From: Planctomycetota bacterium
GTDB taxonomy: Bacteria; Planctomycetota; Planctomycetia; Pirellulales; UBA1268
Assembly: GCA_046090525.1 (NCBI GenBank)
Contig: JBJTAA010000342.1
Coordinates: forward strand, 1 to 42,005
DNA: 42,005 nucleotides
Direction of reading: 5' to 3'
Shown here: positions 25,527-34,479 of the stretch, piece by piece
How positions within the stretch are numbered: the first letter of the stretch is position 1
Layout: every line of letters begins with the position of its first letter
Program-made: the position numbers and the translations under genes
The notes under the pieces: model-generated
What the model was told of the DNA's origin: nothing
Databases searched by the model: none
The model's input: only the letters and a program-made list of their open reading frames with translations

Positions 25527-28500
25527 ATGCCGGACCAAGAGCAGCCCGACCTGCGCCGCTACTTTGATCGGCGCTGGTATGTCGCCACCTACGGCGCGGG
25601 AAGGCGGCGGATCCGCTGGTGGCCATGGCACTACTACCGCCGCCGCGGCTGGCGAAAGGGCCATGCTCCCTGTCAGCTCTTCGATGCGGCGTGGTACCTC
25701 GACCGGAATCCCGACGTGCGGGCCGCCGGTCTCGACCCGCTCGCGCACTACGCCGGGCATGGCTGGCGCGAGGGGCGTCAACCACACCCGCTCTTCGATC
25801 CGTCGTGGTATGCCGCGCGCTACGCCGATGTCGGAGCCGCCGGCGTCGAGCCGCTGTTGCACTATCTCACCGTCGGCTGGCGGGAGGGCCGGCAGCCCCA
25901 TCCGGCCTTCGATGCAGCCGGCTACCTGGAGGCGAACCCCGACGTGGCGGCCGCCGGACTCGAGCCGCTGGCCCACTATCTCGCCTACGGTTGGCGGGAG
26001 GGTCGCCAGCCGCATCCCTTGTTCGACGGCGGCTGGTACATCGACCGCAATCCCGACGTCGCGCTCGCGGGGCTCGAGCCGCTCACGCATTTTCTGGGCA
26101 CTGGCTGGCGGGAACGGCGGGAGCCCTGCCCGTCGTTCTCGCTGGCCGCGTACGTGGCCGCCCGGCCCCGGCCGCTCGACGCGGGTGTGAATCCGTTCGT
26201 CCACTTTCTCGTCACCGAATACGACCCGGGCGATCGCGAGTCCCGAGCCGCCGTGGCGGCCCGCTACGCATCGGCCGCCCGACCGGCCGCCGTGGCGGCT
26301 GCCGCGCCGGCCGTCGGGCCGGCCAACCGCGGGCACGTGCGGGCGATCGCGATGTACCTGCCGCAGTTCCACCGCGTGCCGGAAAACGACGCCTGGTGGG
26401 GGGAGGGATTCACCGAGTGGACCAACGTCCGGCGGGCCCGCCCCATGTTTTCCGGCCACCAGCAGCCTCACGTGCCGCATCGCGACGTCGGCTACTACGA
26501 CCTGGACGACGAGACGGTGCTCGAGCGGCAGGCCGAGATGGCCCGCCGCCACGGCATCCATGGGTTCTGCTTCTATCACTATTGGTTTGACGGTCGCCGC
26601 ATCCTCGAGAAGCCGGTCGAAAGGCTGCTGGCGAGTGGCCGGCCCGACTTCCCCTTCTGCCTCTGTTGGGCCAACGAGAACTGGACGCGGACGTGGGACG
26701 GGCTCGAACGCGAGGTGCTCCTCGGGCAGCGGCACTCGCCCGACAGTGACGAGCGGTTTCTGCGCGACCTGCTGCCGGCCCTGCGCGACCCGCGGTACAT
26801 CACGGTCGAGGGGCTGCCGCTCGTGGCCGTCTACCGGCCGGGGCTGCTCGCCGAGCCCAGGGCCACCGCCGACCGCTGGCGGCAGATCGCCGAGCGGGAG
26901 GGCCTGCCGGGGCTGCACTTGGCCGCCGTGCACTCCTTCGACCAAGCCGACCCACGCACGTACGGCTTCGACGCGGCGATCCAGTTTCCCCCGCTCCAGA
27001 TTCCCGCGGCGAACCTGCGCGAGACGGGCCTCGCCGGCATGGACCGGCGGTTTCGGGGCGGGGTGCTCGATTACCGCGAGGCGCTCTGTCATTCGCTCGC
27101 CCGGCCGACGCCCGACTATCCGCTCTACCGGGGCGTGATGCCCGGCTGGGACAACACGCCGCGCCGGATGGAGCGGGCCACGGCCTGGGTCAACTCGTCG
27201 CCTGGTCTGTACGGCCGCTGGCTGCGGGGCGTCGTCGAGCAGATGCAGCGGGAGCAGCCGGCCGAACGGCAGCTCGTGTTCATCAACGCCTGGAACGAAT
27301 GGGCCGAGGGCGCCCACCTCGAGCCGGACGAGCGGCACGGCTACGCGATCCTCGAGGAGACGGCGGCGGTGCTCCTCCCCCAGCCGGCCGGAGCCCAGGT
27401 CGCCGCCGCGGCGGCGACCGCGCTGCCACGGGCCCGGGACCGCCATCCGACGGTCGTCGGTCACCGCCGGGCACGCCTGCGCACCCTGTTTGGCGGCGAC
27501 GTGCCCGAGGCCAGTCATGCCTTCCTGCTCGACCATGTCGCGGCGGTCGCCCGGCTGGCCGCGACCGGTCATCGGCTGACGCTCTGCGACGGCGTGCCCG
27601 TCTGCCAGGGCGACACCGAAACGATCCCTCTCGACGATCCCGCGGCGCTCTCCGCCAGCCTGCTCGCAGCGGATCGCGCCGGTGAACGCCCCTTCTGTTT
27701 CGTGCTGCTGCAGTTCAACCAGCCGGAGGTCACGGCCCGCTGCGTCGCCTCGCTGCGGCGGCTCTCCACGGTCACTCGCCGGGTGCACGTGGTGATCGTG
27801 GACAACGGCTCCGAGCCGGCGACGGTGGCCCGCACGCGGGAGTTGTTCACGGGCCTGGCCGACGTGACGCTCCTGTTCACCGGTGCGAACCTCGGGTTCG
27901 CCAAGGGCAACAACGTCGGCTACGCGCACGCCCGCGATGTCCTCGTGGCCGATTTCATCGCCGTCATCAACAACGACACGGTCGTCGGCGATCCCGCCTT
28001 CGTGGAGCGCTGCCTGGACGCGTTCCGGGAACGCCCCTGGTCGGTGCTCGGGCCCGATATCGTCACGCCCGACGGTCGGCACGAGAACCCGTGGAACGAC
28101 CATGTCTACGAGGCCGGCGAGTGGGAGGCGCTCGAAGACCTGTTCCGCCGGCAGCGGGCCGCCTGGCAGGCGGGCGGCCCGGCGGAGTTTCGCCGGCTCG
28201 GCTCCCGCAGTCCCGACGCGCCGACGCTCTGCGATCCGATCCTGCAGGGGGCGGCCTACGTCTTCTCACCCGTGTTCACCGCCGAACATGCGCGGGCCTT
28301 CGACGAGCGCACGTTTCTCTACGGCGAGGAGTTCCTGCTCGCGGTCGACTGTCTGCTCGCCGGGCACCTCGCCGTCTACGACCCACGGATCACGATCGTC
28401 CACGAGGAGGGCGTCTCCACCGCACGCGTGCCCGAGCGGCGGAAGCTCGCCCTCGGATACGACGCGGTCGTCGAGACGGCGGCGATCTGCCGGACGCGCC

Positions 28501-29855
28501 TCGAGCGACACGAAGCGGCCGCCCGCGGCATGTGGCTCACGCCCGACTCCCCCGCCCTCGCGGTCCTCACGGGAGACGGCCGGACCCATGTCCTCGTGGA
28601 TCTCCTGTTCTGCCAGCCCGGCTTCCACGGGGGCGGCGAGTACGGCAAGGCCGTGTTCAACGCCCTGGTCGCCGCGGCCGCGAGGCGCGGCGACGTGCAG
28701 CTCTGGGTCGCGCTCGATCCCAAGCTCTTCATCGACGGCTGGGTGTGGGAGGCGTGCCGCGAGCATGCGGTCAACGTCGTCGCCGTCACGTCGTACGCCG
28801 AGATCACGCGGCTCGTGAATCGGGGCCTGTTCGGCTCGTTTTTCGCGCCGGCGATCGTCGTCTACACGGGTTACGAGTACCAGCAGCGGATCGGGGGCGA
28901 GCTCGGCTTGGCCTCCGGGCCGACGCGGGTGATCGGCACGCTGCTCGACGTGCGCGACCTGGAGATGGCGCGGGATTGGGAGCGGATCGCGACGGCCCGC
29001 CGCGAGGCGGGCTGCCGCCACGAGCGGTCGCTCTCCCCGGCCGCATGGCAGGCCACACGGGAGCGGCAGCAGGCCCAGGCCCGTGACCTGCTGGGGATGT
29101 ATCGCGGCATCTGTGGCCACGCCGCCGTCGACACGCTGGTGACGATCTCCGCCTACTCGGCCGCGTCGCTCCGGGAACGGGTCGGCACCAGTCGGCCCGT
29201 CGAGGTGCTCTTCCCGCCGGCCAAGAATCGGACGGCTCCCGAAGCCTTCGGGGTGCCGGGGGTCGAGGCGGGTCGCGACCAGTTCGGCCTGGTGGTGAAT
29301 GCCGGCCGGATCGAGAAGAACGCCGCCACGGCGGTGGCCGCCTTCGACCGCCTCTGCTCCGATCCGGGCTTCGCGGCGGAGCATCCACGGCTGAAACTCG
29401 TGCTCACCGGGATCGACGGCCTCGACGGTCTCGGCCTCGAGCCGCTCGCCAATCCCGCCCGGTTCGTGGCCCTGCCGCATCTGCCGCCGGAACGGCTCGA
29501 ATACCTCTATCGCGAGGCGCGATTCCTGCTCTACCCGTCGTTCAACGAGGGTTTTGGATACCCGCCGCTCGAGGCGATGACCTACGGCACCCCGAGTGTC
29601 GTCGCCGACAACACGGCAGTGCCCGAGGTCTTGGGCCCCGCGGCGATCCCCTGCGACCCGTTCGCCCCCGCGTCGGTCATGCAGGCGATCCGCACCGTTC
29701 TGGCCGCCCCGCCCACCGCGGCGGAACTCCACGACCAGCTCGCGACCGTGGCCGGCCGACAGGATGCCGACTTGGCGCGGCTCGTCGCGCTCGTCTGCGG
29801 CCCGGTCCCGGCCCTGGAACCCGTGGGCGCCACCCGGTCGCTGCTAGCCGCATGA
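25527..29855 (+). CDS. Giant multidomain glycosyltransferase (1442 aa): N-terminal 38-aa repeats, then WbsX-like domain, GT2 domain and GT4/GT1 domain
   Basis: AGGAGG lies 9 nt upstream of ATG 25527. The WbsX-type motif is IAMYLPQFHRVPENDAWWGEGFTEWTNV. GT2 motifs are FCFVLLQFNQPEVTARCVASL, VVIVDNGSEP and FAKGNNVG. The C-terminal GT4 motif is EGFGYPPLEAMTYGTPSVV. Confidence 0.9.
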   Translation: MPDQEQPDLRRYFDRRWYVATYGAGRRRIRWWPWHYYRRRGWRKGHAPCQLFDAAWYLDRNPDVRAAGLDPLAHYAGHGWREGRQPHPLFDPSWYAARYADVGAAGVEPLLHYLTVGWREGRQPHPAFDAAGYLEANPDVAAAGLEPLAHYLAYGWREGRQPHPLFDGGWYIDRNPDVALAGLEPLTHFLGTGWRERREPCPSFSLAAYVAARPRPLDAGVNPFVHFLVTEYDPGDRESRAAVAARYASAARPAAVAAAAPAVGPANRGHVRAIAMYLPQFHRVPENDAWWGEGFTEWTNVRRARPMFSGHQQPHVPHRDVGYYDLDDETVLERQAEMARRHGIHGFCFYHYWFDGRRILEKPVERLLASGRPDFPFCLCWANENWTRTWDGLEREVLLGQRHSPDSDERFLRDLLPALRDPRYITVEGLPLVAVYRPGLLAEPRATADRWRQIAEREGLPGLHLAAVHSFDQADPRTYGFDAAIQFPPLQIPAANLRETGLAGMDRRFRGGVLDYREALCHSLARPTPDYPLYRGVMPGWDNTPRRMERATAWVNSSPGLYGRWLRGVVEQMQREQPAERQLVFINAWNEWAEGAHLEPDERHGYAILEETAAVLLPQPAGAQVAAAAATALPRARDRHPTVVGHRRARLRTLFGGDVPEASHAFLLDHVAAVARLAATGHRLTLCDGVPVCQGDTETIPLDDPAALSASLLAADRAGERPFCFVLLQFNQPEVTARCVASLRRLSTVTRRVHVVIVDNGSEPATVARTRELFTGLADVTLLFTGANLGFAKGNNVGYAHARDVLVADFIAVINNDTVVGDPAFVERCLDAFRERPWSVLGPDIVTPDGRHENPWNDHVYEAGEWEALEDLFRRQRAAWQAGGPAEFRRLGSRSPDAPTLCDPILQGAAYVFSPVFTAEHARAFDERTFLYGEEFLLAVDCLLAGHLAVYDPRITIVHEEGVSTARVPERRKLALGYDAVVETAAICRTRLERHEAAARGMWLTPDSPALAVLTGDGRTHVLVDLLFCQPGFHGGGEYGKAVFNALVAAAARRGDVQLWVALDPKLFIDGWVWEACREHAVNVVAVTSYAEITRLVNRGLFGSFFAPAIVVYTGYEYQQRIGGELGLASGPTRVIGTLLDVRDLEMARDWERIATARREAGCRHERSLSPAAWQATRERQQAQARDLLGMYRGICGHAAVDTLVTISAYSAASLRERVGTSRPVEVLFPPAKNRTAPEAFGVPGVEAGRDQFGLVVNAGRIEKNAATAVAAFDRLCSDPGFAAEHPRLKLVLTGIDGLDGLGLEPLANPARFVALPHLPPERLEYLYREARFLLYPSFNEGFGYPPLEAMTYGTPSVVADNTAVPEVLGPAAIPCDPFAPASVMQAIRTVLAAPPTAAELHDQLATVAGRQDADLARLVALVCGPVPALEPVGATRSLLAA
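25680..26135 (+). repeat. Four well-conserved tandem 114-bp (38-aa) coding repeats (degenerate copies flank them, ~25563-26249)
   Basis: The unit is FDxxWYxxxNPDVxAAGxEPLxHYxxxGWREGRQPHPx, read four times in register in the translation. Confidence 0.85.
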
Positions 29856-30706
29856 TGTTCGAACTCTTCGCGACGGAACTCGCCGAAATTGATCGCCGGC
29901 TGGCGGCGGCCCCGGACCTGCCGCTCCCCGAGGCGATGCGGACGGTGCCGCTCGAGGTTTTCGCCGAGCTCCTGCTCGGGGTGCCCGGTCACCTCCCGGC
30001 GGTGGCGGCCCGACTGCCGTCGATGCCCGATGACCAGGTGCAGCGCAACTGGACCGGCAACCACGGCATGGCGCTCATGCACCAGTCGCTCGCGTTCGTC
30101 CGGACGCTGCTCGGCCTCTGGGGTCGGCACTCCGGGCGGGGCATCGACACGGCCAGCGTCCTCGATTTCGGCTGCGGTTGGGGCCGGCTGCTGCGGCTGC
30201 TCTTGCACGTGGTGCCGGAGGGCATGCTCTACGGCGTGGATTCCTGGGACGAATCGATCCGGCTGTGCCGGGAGAGCGGCCTCAGGTGCCGGCTGGCGGT
30301 GAGCGACGAGGTGCCGACGACGCTGCCGTTTCCCGGCCCCTTCGACCTGATCTTCGCGTTCAGCGTCTTCACGCACTTGAGCGAGCGCACGGCCCGCACG
30401 GTGCTCGCGACCCTGCGCCGGGTCGTGCGCGACGACGGGCTGCTCTGCCTGACGATCCGGCCGGTGGAGTACTGGGCGCACCGGGGTGGTGCGGGGTGTG
30501 AGGACCTCGCCGCCCGGCATCGCGCGACGGGATTCGCCTTCGCGCCACACCAACGGCGGCCGGCGGCCGACGGCGACATCACCTACGGCGACACGTCGCT
30601 CACGCTCGGTGCCCTGGAGCGGCTGGCGCCCGGCTGGCGGATCAGTCGGGTCGAATGGACGGGCCACGATCCGCTGCAGGTGATCGTGGCCCTCGTGCCG
30701 ACGTGA
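29852..30706 (+). CDS. Class I SAM-dependent methyltransferase (284 aa)
   Basis: Motif I is VLDFGCGWGRLLRLL and motif II-like is FDLIFAFSVFTHL. Its ATG overlaps the preceding stop (ATGA at 29852-29855). Confidence 0.85.
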   Translation: MMFELFATELAEIDRRLAAAPDLPLPEAMRTVPLEVFAELLLGVPGHLPAVAARLPSMPDDQVQRNWTGNHGMALMHQSLAFVRTLLGLWGRHSGRGIDTASVLDFGCGWGRLLRLLLHVVPEGMLYGVDSWDESIRLCRESGLRCRLAVSDEVPTTLPFPGPFDLIFAFSVFTHLSERTARTVLATLRRVVRDDGLLCLTIRPVEYWAHRGGAGCEDLAARHRATGFAFAPHQRRPAADGDITYGDTSLTLGALERLAPGWRISRVEWTGHDPLQVIVALVPT

Positions 30707-30714
30707 GGTCAGCC

Positions 30715-31437
30715 GTGGCCGTCCGCATCCATCAGATCTTCTACGCCGACGCCCAACGGCCGGCCCTCGATCCGGCCTTCATCCCCTATGACAACCGCCC
30801 GAATCCGCGACCCGAGTGGCGGGAATACCACGTCTTCCGCACGGAGTGGCTCGCCGGCCGCTGCCAGGACGGGGATGTGACCGGCTTCCTGTCGTGGAAG
30901 TTCTCCGCCAAGACCGGCGTCACCGGCCGGGAGTTCGTCGAGTTCATCGAGCGGCATCCCGGCCACGACGTCTACTTCGTCCATCCGCACCGGGTCGAGC
31001 CCCGGCCCTTCACGAATCTCTGGCAGCAGGCCGAGGTCCACCATCCAGGGATCATCGGCCTCGCCCAGCGGATTCTGGACGCCGTCGGAATCGAGGTGGA
31101 CCTGGCCACGCTCGAGCAGCCCCGCGACCAGTTGCTGTTCTGCAACTACTGGGCGGGCACCCGGGCGTTTTGGGATGCCTACATGGCCTTCTGTGAGCCG
31201 GTGCATCGATACGTGCTCGAGGGGCTCTCGGCTGCCGACCGCACGCTGGCCTGGTCCCGGGCCGACCGCGAGATCGATGCGCCCTACATTCCCTTCGTCA
31301 TGGAGCGGCTTTTCAGCACGCTCCTGGCACTGCAGCCGGGCATCCGCTACCTGGGGTTCGCCGCCGAGCGGGGGCAGCGCGCGGCCCGGCGTCCCTGGTG
31401 GCGGCGGCTGCTGCGCCGGCGGCGTCAGGCCGCCTGA
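30715..31437 (+). CDS. Hypothetical protein (240 aa), conserved-looking soluble protein in glycan cluster
   Basis: The start is GTG 30715, with GAGGT 6 nt upstream. Third positions are G/C-rich. The N-terminus reads IHQIFYADAQRPALDPAFIPYDN. I can assign no catalytic motif. Confidence 0.6.
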   Translation: MAVRIHQIFYADAQRPALDPAFIPYDNRPNPRPEWREYHVFRTEWLAGRCQDGDVTGFLSWKFSAKTGVTGREFVEFIERHPGHDVYFVHPHRVEPRPFTNLWQQAEVHHPGIIGLAQRILDAVGIEVDLATLEQPRDQLLFCNYWAGTRAFWDAYMAFCEPVHRYVLEGLSAADRTLAWSRADREIDAPYIPFVMERLFSTLLALQPGIRYLGFAAERGQRAARRPWWRRLLRRRRQAA

Positions 31438-31460
31438 GTTGCCCCGATGTGAGCCCCGGG

Positions 31461-32876
31461 TCAAGGCTGGGTTGGGGCGGGGGGCGAGGTCCTCGTGCAG
31501 TACAGCGGGTATGACGTGCGGCGAAGCAGCGCGATGCCCTCGGCGATCTTGCGGCGGATGTCGGGAGTGTCGATGAAATAGAGCGCCGCGGCATGCCGCG
31601 CGGCCACCTCGTCGGGTGGCAGGCTTCCGCGCATGTCGGTGGCGATCACGGCCACGGACTCGTCGCCGGACCGCCAGTTTCGCACCGCCTGGCGGGCGTG
31701 CACCACGGCGACGGTGACGGCCACGATGCAGAGCACGGCCTGCATGGCGCGGGCAGCGCGCGTCTGGGGGAGCGTTGCCCAGATCAGCCCGAGGGACAGC
31801 GGCACGCCGAGGGTCAGTGTCGCATAGTGGCCGTAGAGGTGACTGAAGTCGCGGGTGCCCCGGCCGTAGCCGATCGCCAGCGCCATGAGCCCCAGTGCGG
31901 CGAGGTGGAGCAGCAGGATCGCGAGCCGGTGGCGGAGGGTCGCGTCTCTGGCGCGGGCCGCGGCCGCGGCCGCCAGTGCGGTGCCGCCGCCCACGAGCAC
32001 CGTCGCCACGAGCCACGCCGTTCGTGAGCGTGTGACCAAGCTGCCGGGATAGGACGAGAAGGCGTCGAGGCCGGCGATGAGCGTCCGCCATGGCCCGGCG
32101 TAGTTCTCCGCCGGCATCAGCCGCAGGGTGACGACGTAGGCGAACGCCACGATCACGGTCAGACCGGAAGCAGCCGCGGCCAGGCTGCGGACGAGAGGCG
32201 ATCGGCCGGCCGGCGGCGCGTTCCAGCCGAGGGCTTCGGCGCCGAGGAGCGCGGCCGCGGCCGCGGCGACCACCAGGCCGCCGGTGCCCGTCAGGGGCAG
32301 CAGGCCGGCGCAGGCGCCCATCACGGCCACCCGCCAAACGCCTGGCGGCGCGGCCACGGCCGTCGCGACGAACAGTCCGCCGAGCACGGTCGTGAGGACG
32401 AACGGCGTCTGGAATGACCAGACGAGCGCCCCTTGTCCGAGATGGAGCAGGACGGCTGGAAACAGGGCGTCGGTCCAGACGGTCTTTCCCCGCACCCGCC
32501 GGGCGGCGACCACGAGGGCCGCCGCGGTGAGCGACAGGAAGACCGCGTTGGCGGCGAGCGTCCAGCGGTGGTCGGCCCCGGACAGCCGTCCCAGAACCAC
32601 GAATACCAGCTTCACCAGCGGGATCCGGTGCTCGTTGTGTTGCTTCCAGAGCCACGTGGCCGTGACGGGCCGGTCGCCGGTCACATAGGGGACGATGTCG
32701 AAGTCATCGCTCCAGGGGAGCCAGCGTCCGTAGATCGAGGTGGCGGTCAGTGCGAGGATCGTGGCGACAGCCCATACGATCCAGGGGAACAGGCCGCCCC
32801 AGACGGCGGCGGCCGAGCCCTCGTCGACTTGGGCGACGCGTGGCAGGTCGTGCTCGTTGATCACCCGCCCCGTCAT
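31461..32876 (-). CDS. Polytopic membrane protein (471 aa), putative GT-C-like glycan-processing enzyme, HNEH-motif family
   Basis: About 11-12 hydrophobic helices. The motif WLWKQHNEHRIPLVKL after the first helix is shared with ORF 34480..36324. The 4-nt overlap at 32873-32876 puts its start on the upstream gene's stop. Confidence 0.7.
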   Translation of the reverse strand: MTGRVINEHDLPRVAQVDEGSAAAVWGGLFPWIVWAVATILALTATSIYGRWLPWSDDFDIVPYVTGDRPVTATWLWKQHNEHRIPLVKLVFVVLGRLSGADHRWTLAANAVFLSLTAAALVVAARRVRGKTVWTDALFPAVLLHLGQGALVWSFQTPFVLTTVLGGLFVATAVAAPPGVWRVAVMGACAGLLPLTGTGGLVVAAAAAALLGAEALGWNAPPAGRSPLVRSLAAAASGLTVIVAFAYVVTLRLMPAENYAGPWRTLIAGLDAFSSYPGSLVTRSRTAWLVATVLVGGGTALAAAAAARARDATLRHRLAILLLHLAALGLMALAIGYGRGTRDFSHLYGHYATLTLGVPLSLGLIWATLPQTRAARAMQAVLCIVAVTVAVVHARQAVRNWRSGDESVAVIATDMRGSLPPDEVAARHAAALYFIDTPDIRRKIAEGIALLRRTSYPLYCTRTSPPAPTQP

Positions 32877-34372
32877 CGCGCCTCCCTGCTCGGTGTCGGC
32901 TCCGCCTCAGGACCGCGGTCCTCCTGGCCGCGGTGCCGACCGATCATGGTACCGGCGCGGGCGAAACCGTGAACGGTTGCGGCTGCAAGGGCTGCCAGGG
33001 CGAGCGGCTGCGCTGGAAAGGCGTAGCGGTCCTCCGAGGCGAGCATCGCCGCGTGGCCCAGCAGGTAGGCCAGCGGGATCACCGCGACCACGATGAGCCG
33101 CACGTCGCGGCGAAACAGGCCCGTGATCCCGACGCCGACGAGGGCGAGGCAGCCGGCGGGCACGAGCCAACGGTCGAACAGGGGTGCCAGCCGCCAGAGC
33201 GTCGCCGACAAGAGCCCCGGGCCTGTCGGCTGAGTGAAGCTGGCTCGCGTCCGTTCGGTGAGCCGCGCCAGTCCGTCATCGATCCGGTTGTGGCCCACGT
33301 CGAGCGCCGGACCGAACGCCGCGTGCTCGGACGACCCGTTGGTGCTCTGGGCCGCCGGGAAACCGGCGAACAGGAGCAGCGTGCGGCCCACGCCCGCGGC
33401 GTAGCGATCGGGATGCTCGGCCGCCAGTCGCCCGAACGTGGCGCCGGGGGGGTCGAGCCGCGGATAGAGCGACGTGGCCAACTCTCCGATCTGTCCGGCC
33501 CGCAGCCCGGAGACGAGGCCGTCGTCCTGCCACGCTTCGTCGATCGCATGCGCGTAGGCATCGGTGGCGGCGCCCAACAACGGGGCGCCGGGGGGAATGA
33601 GAGCCTGGCGCACGATCCCCTGCTTGAGCATGTAACTGCGAATGTTCCGCGACGGGGCGTATGGCTCCCAGAGCATGGACGTGGCGAGCGGCACGATGAA
33701 GATGGCCGCCGCCTGGAGGGCGACCAGCCAGCCGGGGCGGGCGGGCCGCCGCAGGCCGTCGCGCCAGGCCGTGCCCGGTGGACAGCAGGCCCCGACCGCG
33801 AACAGGATCGCCGCCGCCGGAACGACGAACTGGAGCGACTGCCGATGGTAATAGCCCGCGGCGAGCACTCCGGCGAGCAAGCCCGCCTTCCACCAGCCAT
33901 CGCGGTCGGATCGATCCGTCATGACCAGAACGGCGGCCACCAGCGTGAGCCACGCTGCGGCACCGCTTTCGGTCAGGGCGTGGTGCTGATAGGCCACCGA
34001 GAGAGGGAAGACGGCCACGGTCAGGAGGGCGACCGCCGCGGCGACCGGGCCGGCGAGCAGGCGGGTGACACGGGTCACCGCGAGGAGCATCAGCCACGCG
34101 AATGCGGCGTTGACGCCCACGATCGCCAGCGGCTGCCGGCCCACGACCGCGAAGGCGACCTTGAGGACGAGCGGGTAGCCCGGCGTGCGAATCGGCGGCT
34201 GCCAGTCGTCGGGAAAACGGTCGGAGAACAGGACGCCTGCGAAGTCGATGTATTCATGGCCGTCATAGGGAACGACCAGCGGCAGGGCCAGCACGTGAAG
34301 CAGCGTGAAGCCGGCCGCGGCGGCCAGGCATCGCCGCAGCAGCCTCGAGTCAGCGACCTCCGAGCGATCCAC
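32873..34372 (-). CDS. ArnT/PMT-like (GT39/GT83-type, GT-C fold) membrane glycosyltransferase (499 aa)
   Basis: The first loop contains HEYIDF...RTPGYPLVLKVAFAVVG, typical of ArnT/PMT_2-like enzymes. More than 10 TM helices are present. The start is GTG. Confidence 0.7.
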   Translation of the reverse strand: MDRSEVADSRLLRRCLAAAAGFTLLHVLALPLVVPYDGHEYIDFAGVLFSDRFPDDWQPPIRTPGYPLVLKVAFAVVGRQPLAIVGVNAAFAWLMLLAVTRVTRLLAGPVAAAVALLTVAVFPLSVAYQHHALTESGAAAWLTLVAAVLVMTDRSDRDGWWKAGLLAGVLAAGYYHRQSLQFVVPAAAILFAVGACCPPGTAWRDGLRRPARPGWLVALQAAAIFIVPLATSMLWEPYAPSRNIRSYMLKQGIVRQALIPPGAPLLGAATDAYAHAIDEAWQDDGLVSGLRAGQIGELATSLYPRLDPPGATFGRLAAEHPDRYAAGVGRTLLLFAGFPAAQSTNGSSEHAAFGPALDVGHNRIDDGLARLTERTRASFTQPTGPGLLSATLWRLAPLFDRWLVPAGCLALVGVGITGLFRRDVRLIVVAVIPLAYLLGHAAMLASEDRYAFPAQPLALAALAAATVHGFARAGTMIGRHRGQEDRGPEAEPTPSREAR

Positions 34373-34479
34373 GCTCGATTCCTCCCGCAGGTGGCGATGG
34401 CTCCTGTCGAAAGGCGACGGTATCCTCGCCGGATACCTCGGTCAAACCGCCAACCCGCCCGCCGCACCCGTCTCTCCCG

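Noticed and set aside
25413-28103. An 896-aa minus-strand ORF opposite the giant glycosyltransferase. Similar long antisense ORFs occur at 16818..18770, 30709..32655, 32933..34615, 34513..36246, 28266..29732 and 39563..40867.
   Set aside because: Each lies antisense to, or out of frame with, a gene carrying clear family motifs. Their composition is dominated by Arg, Gly, Pro and Ala with no hydrophobic core pattern.
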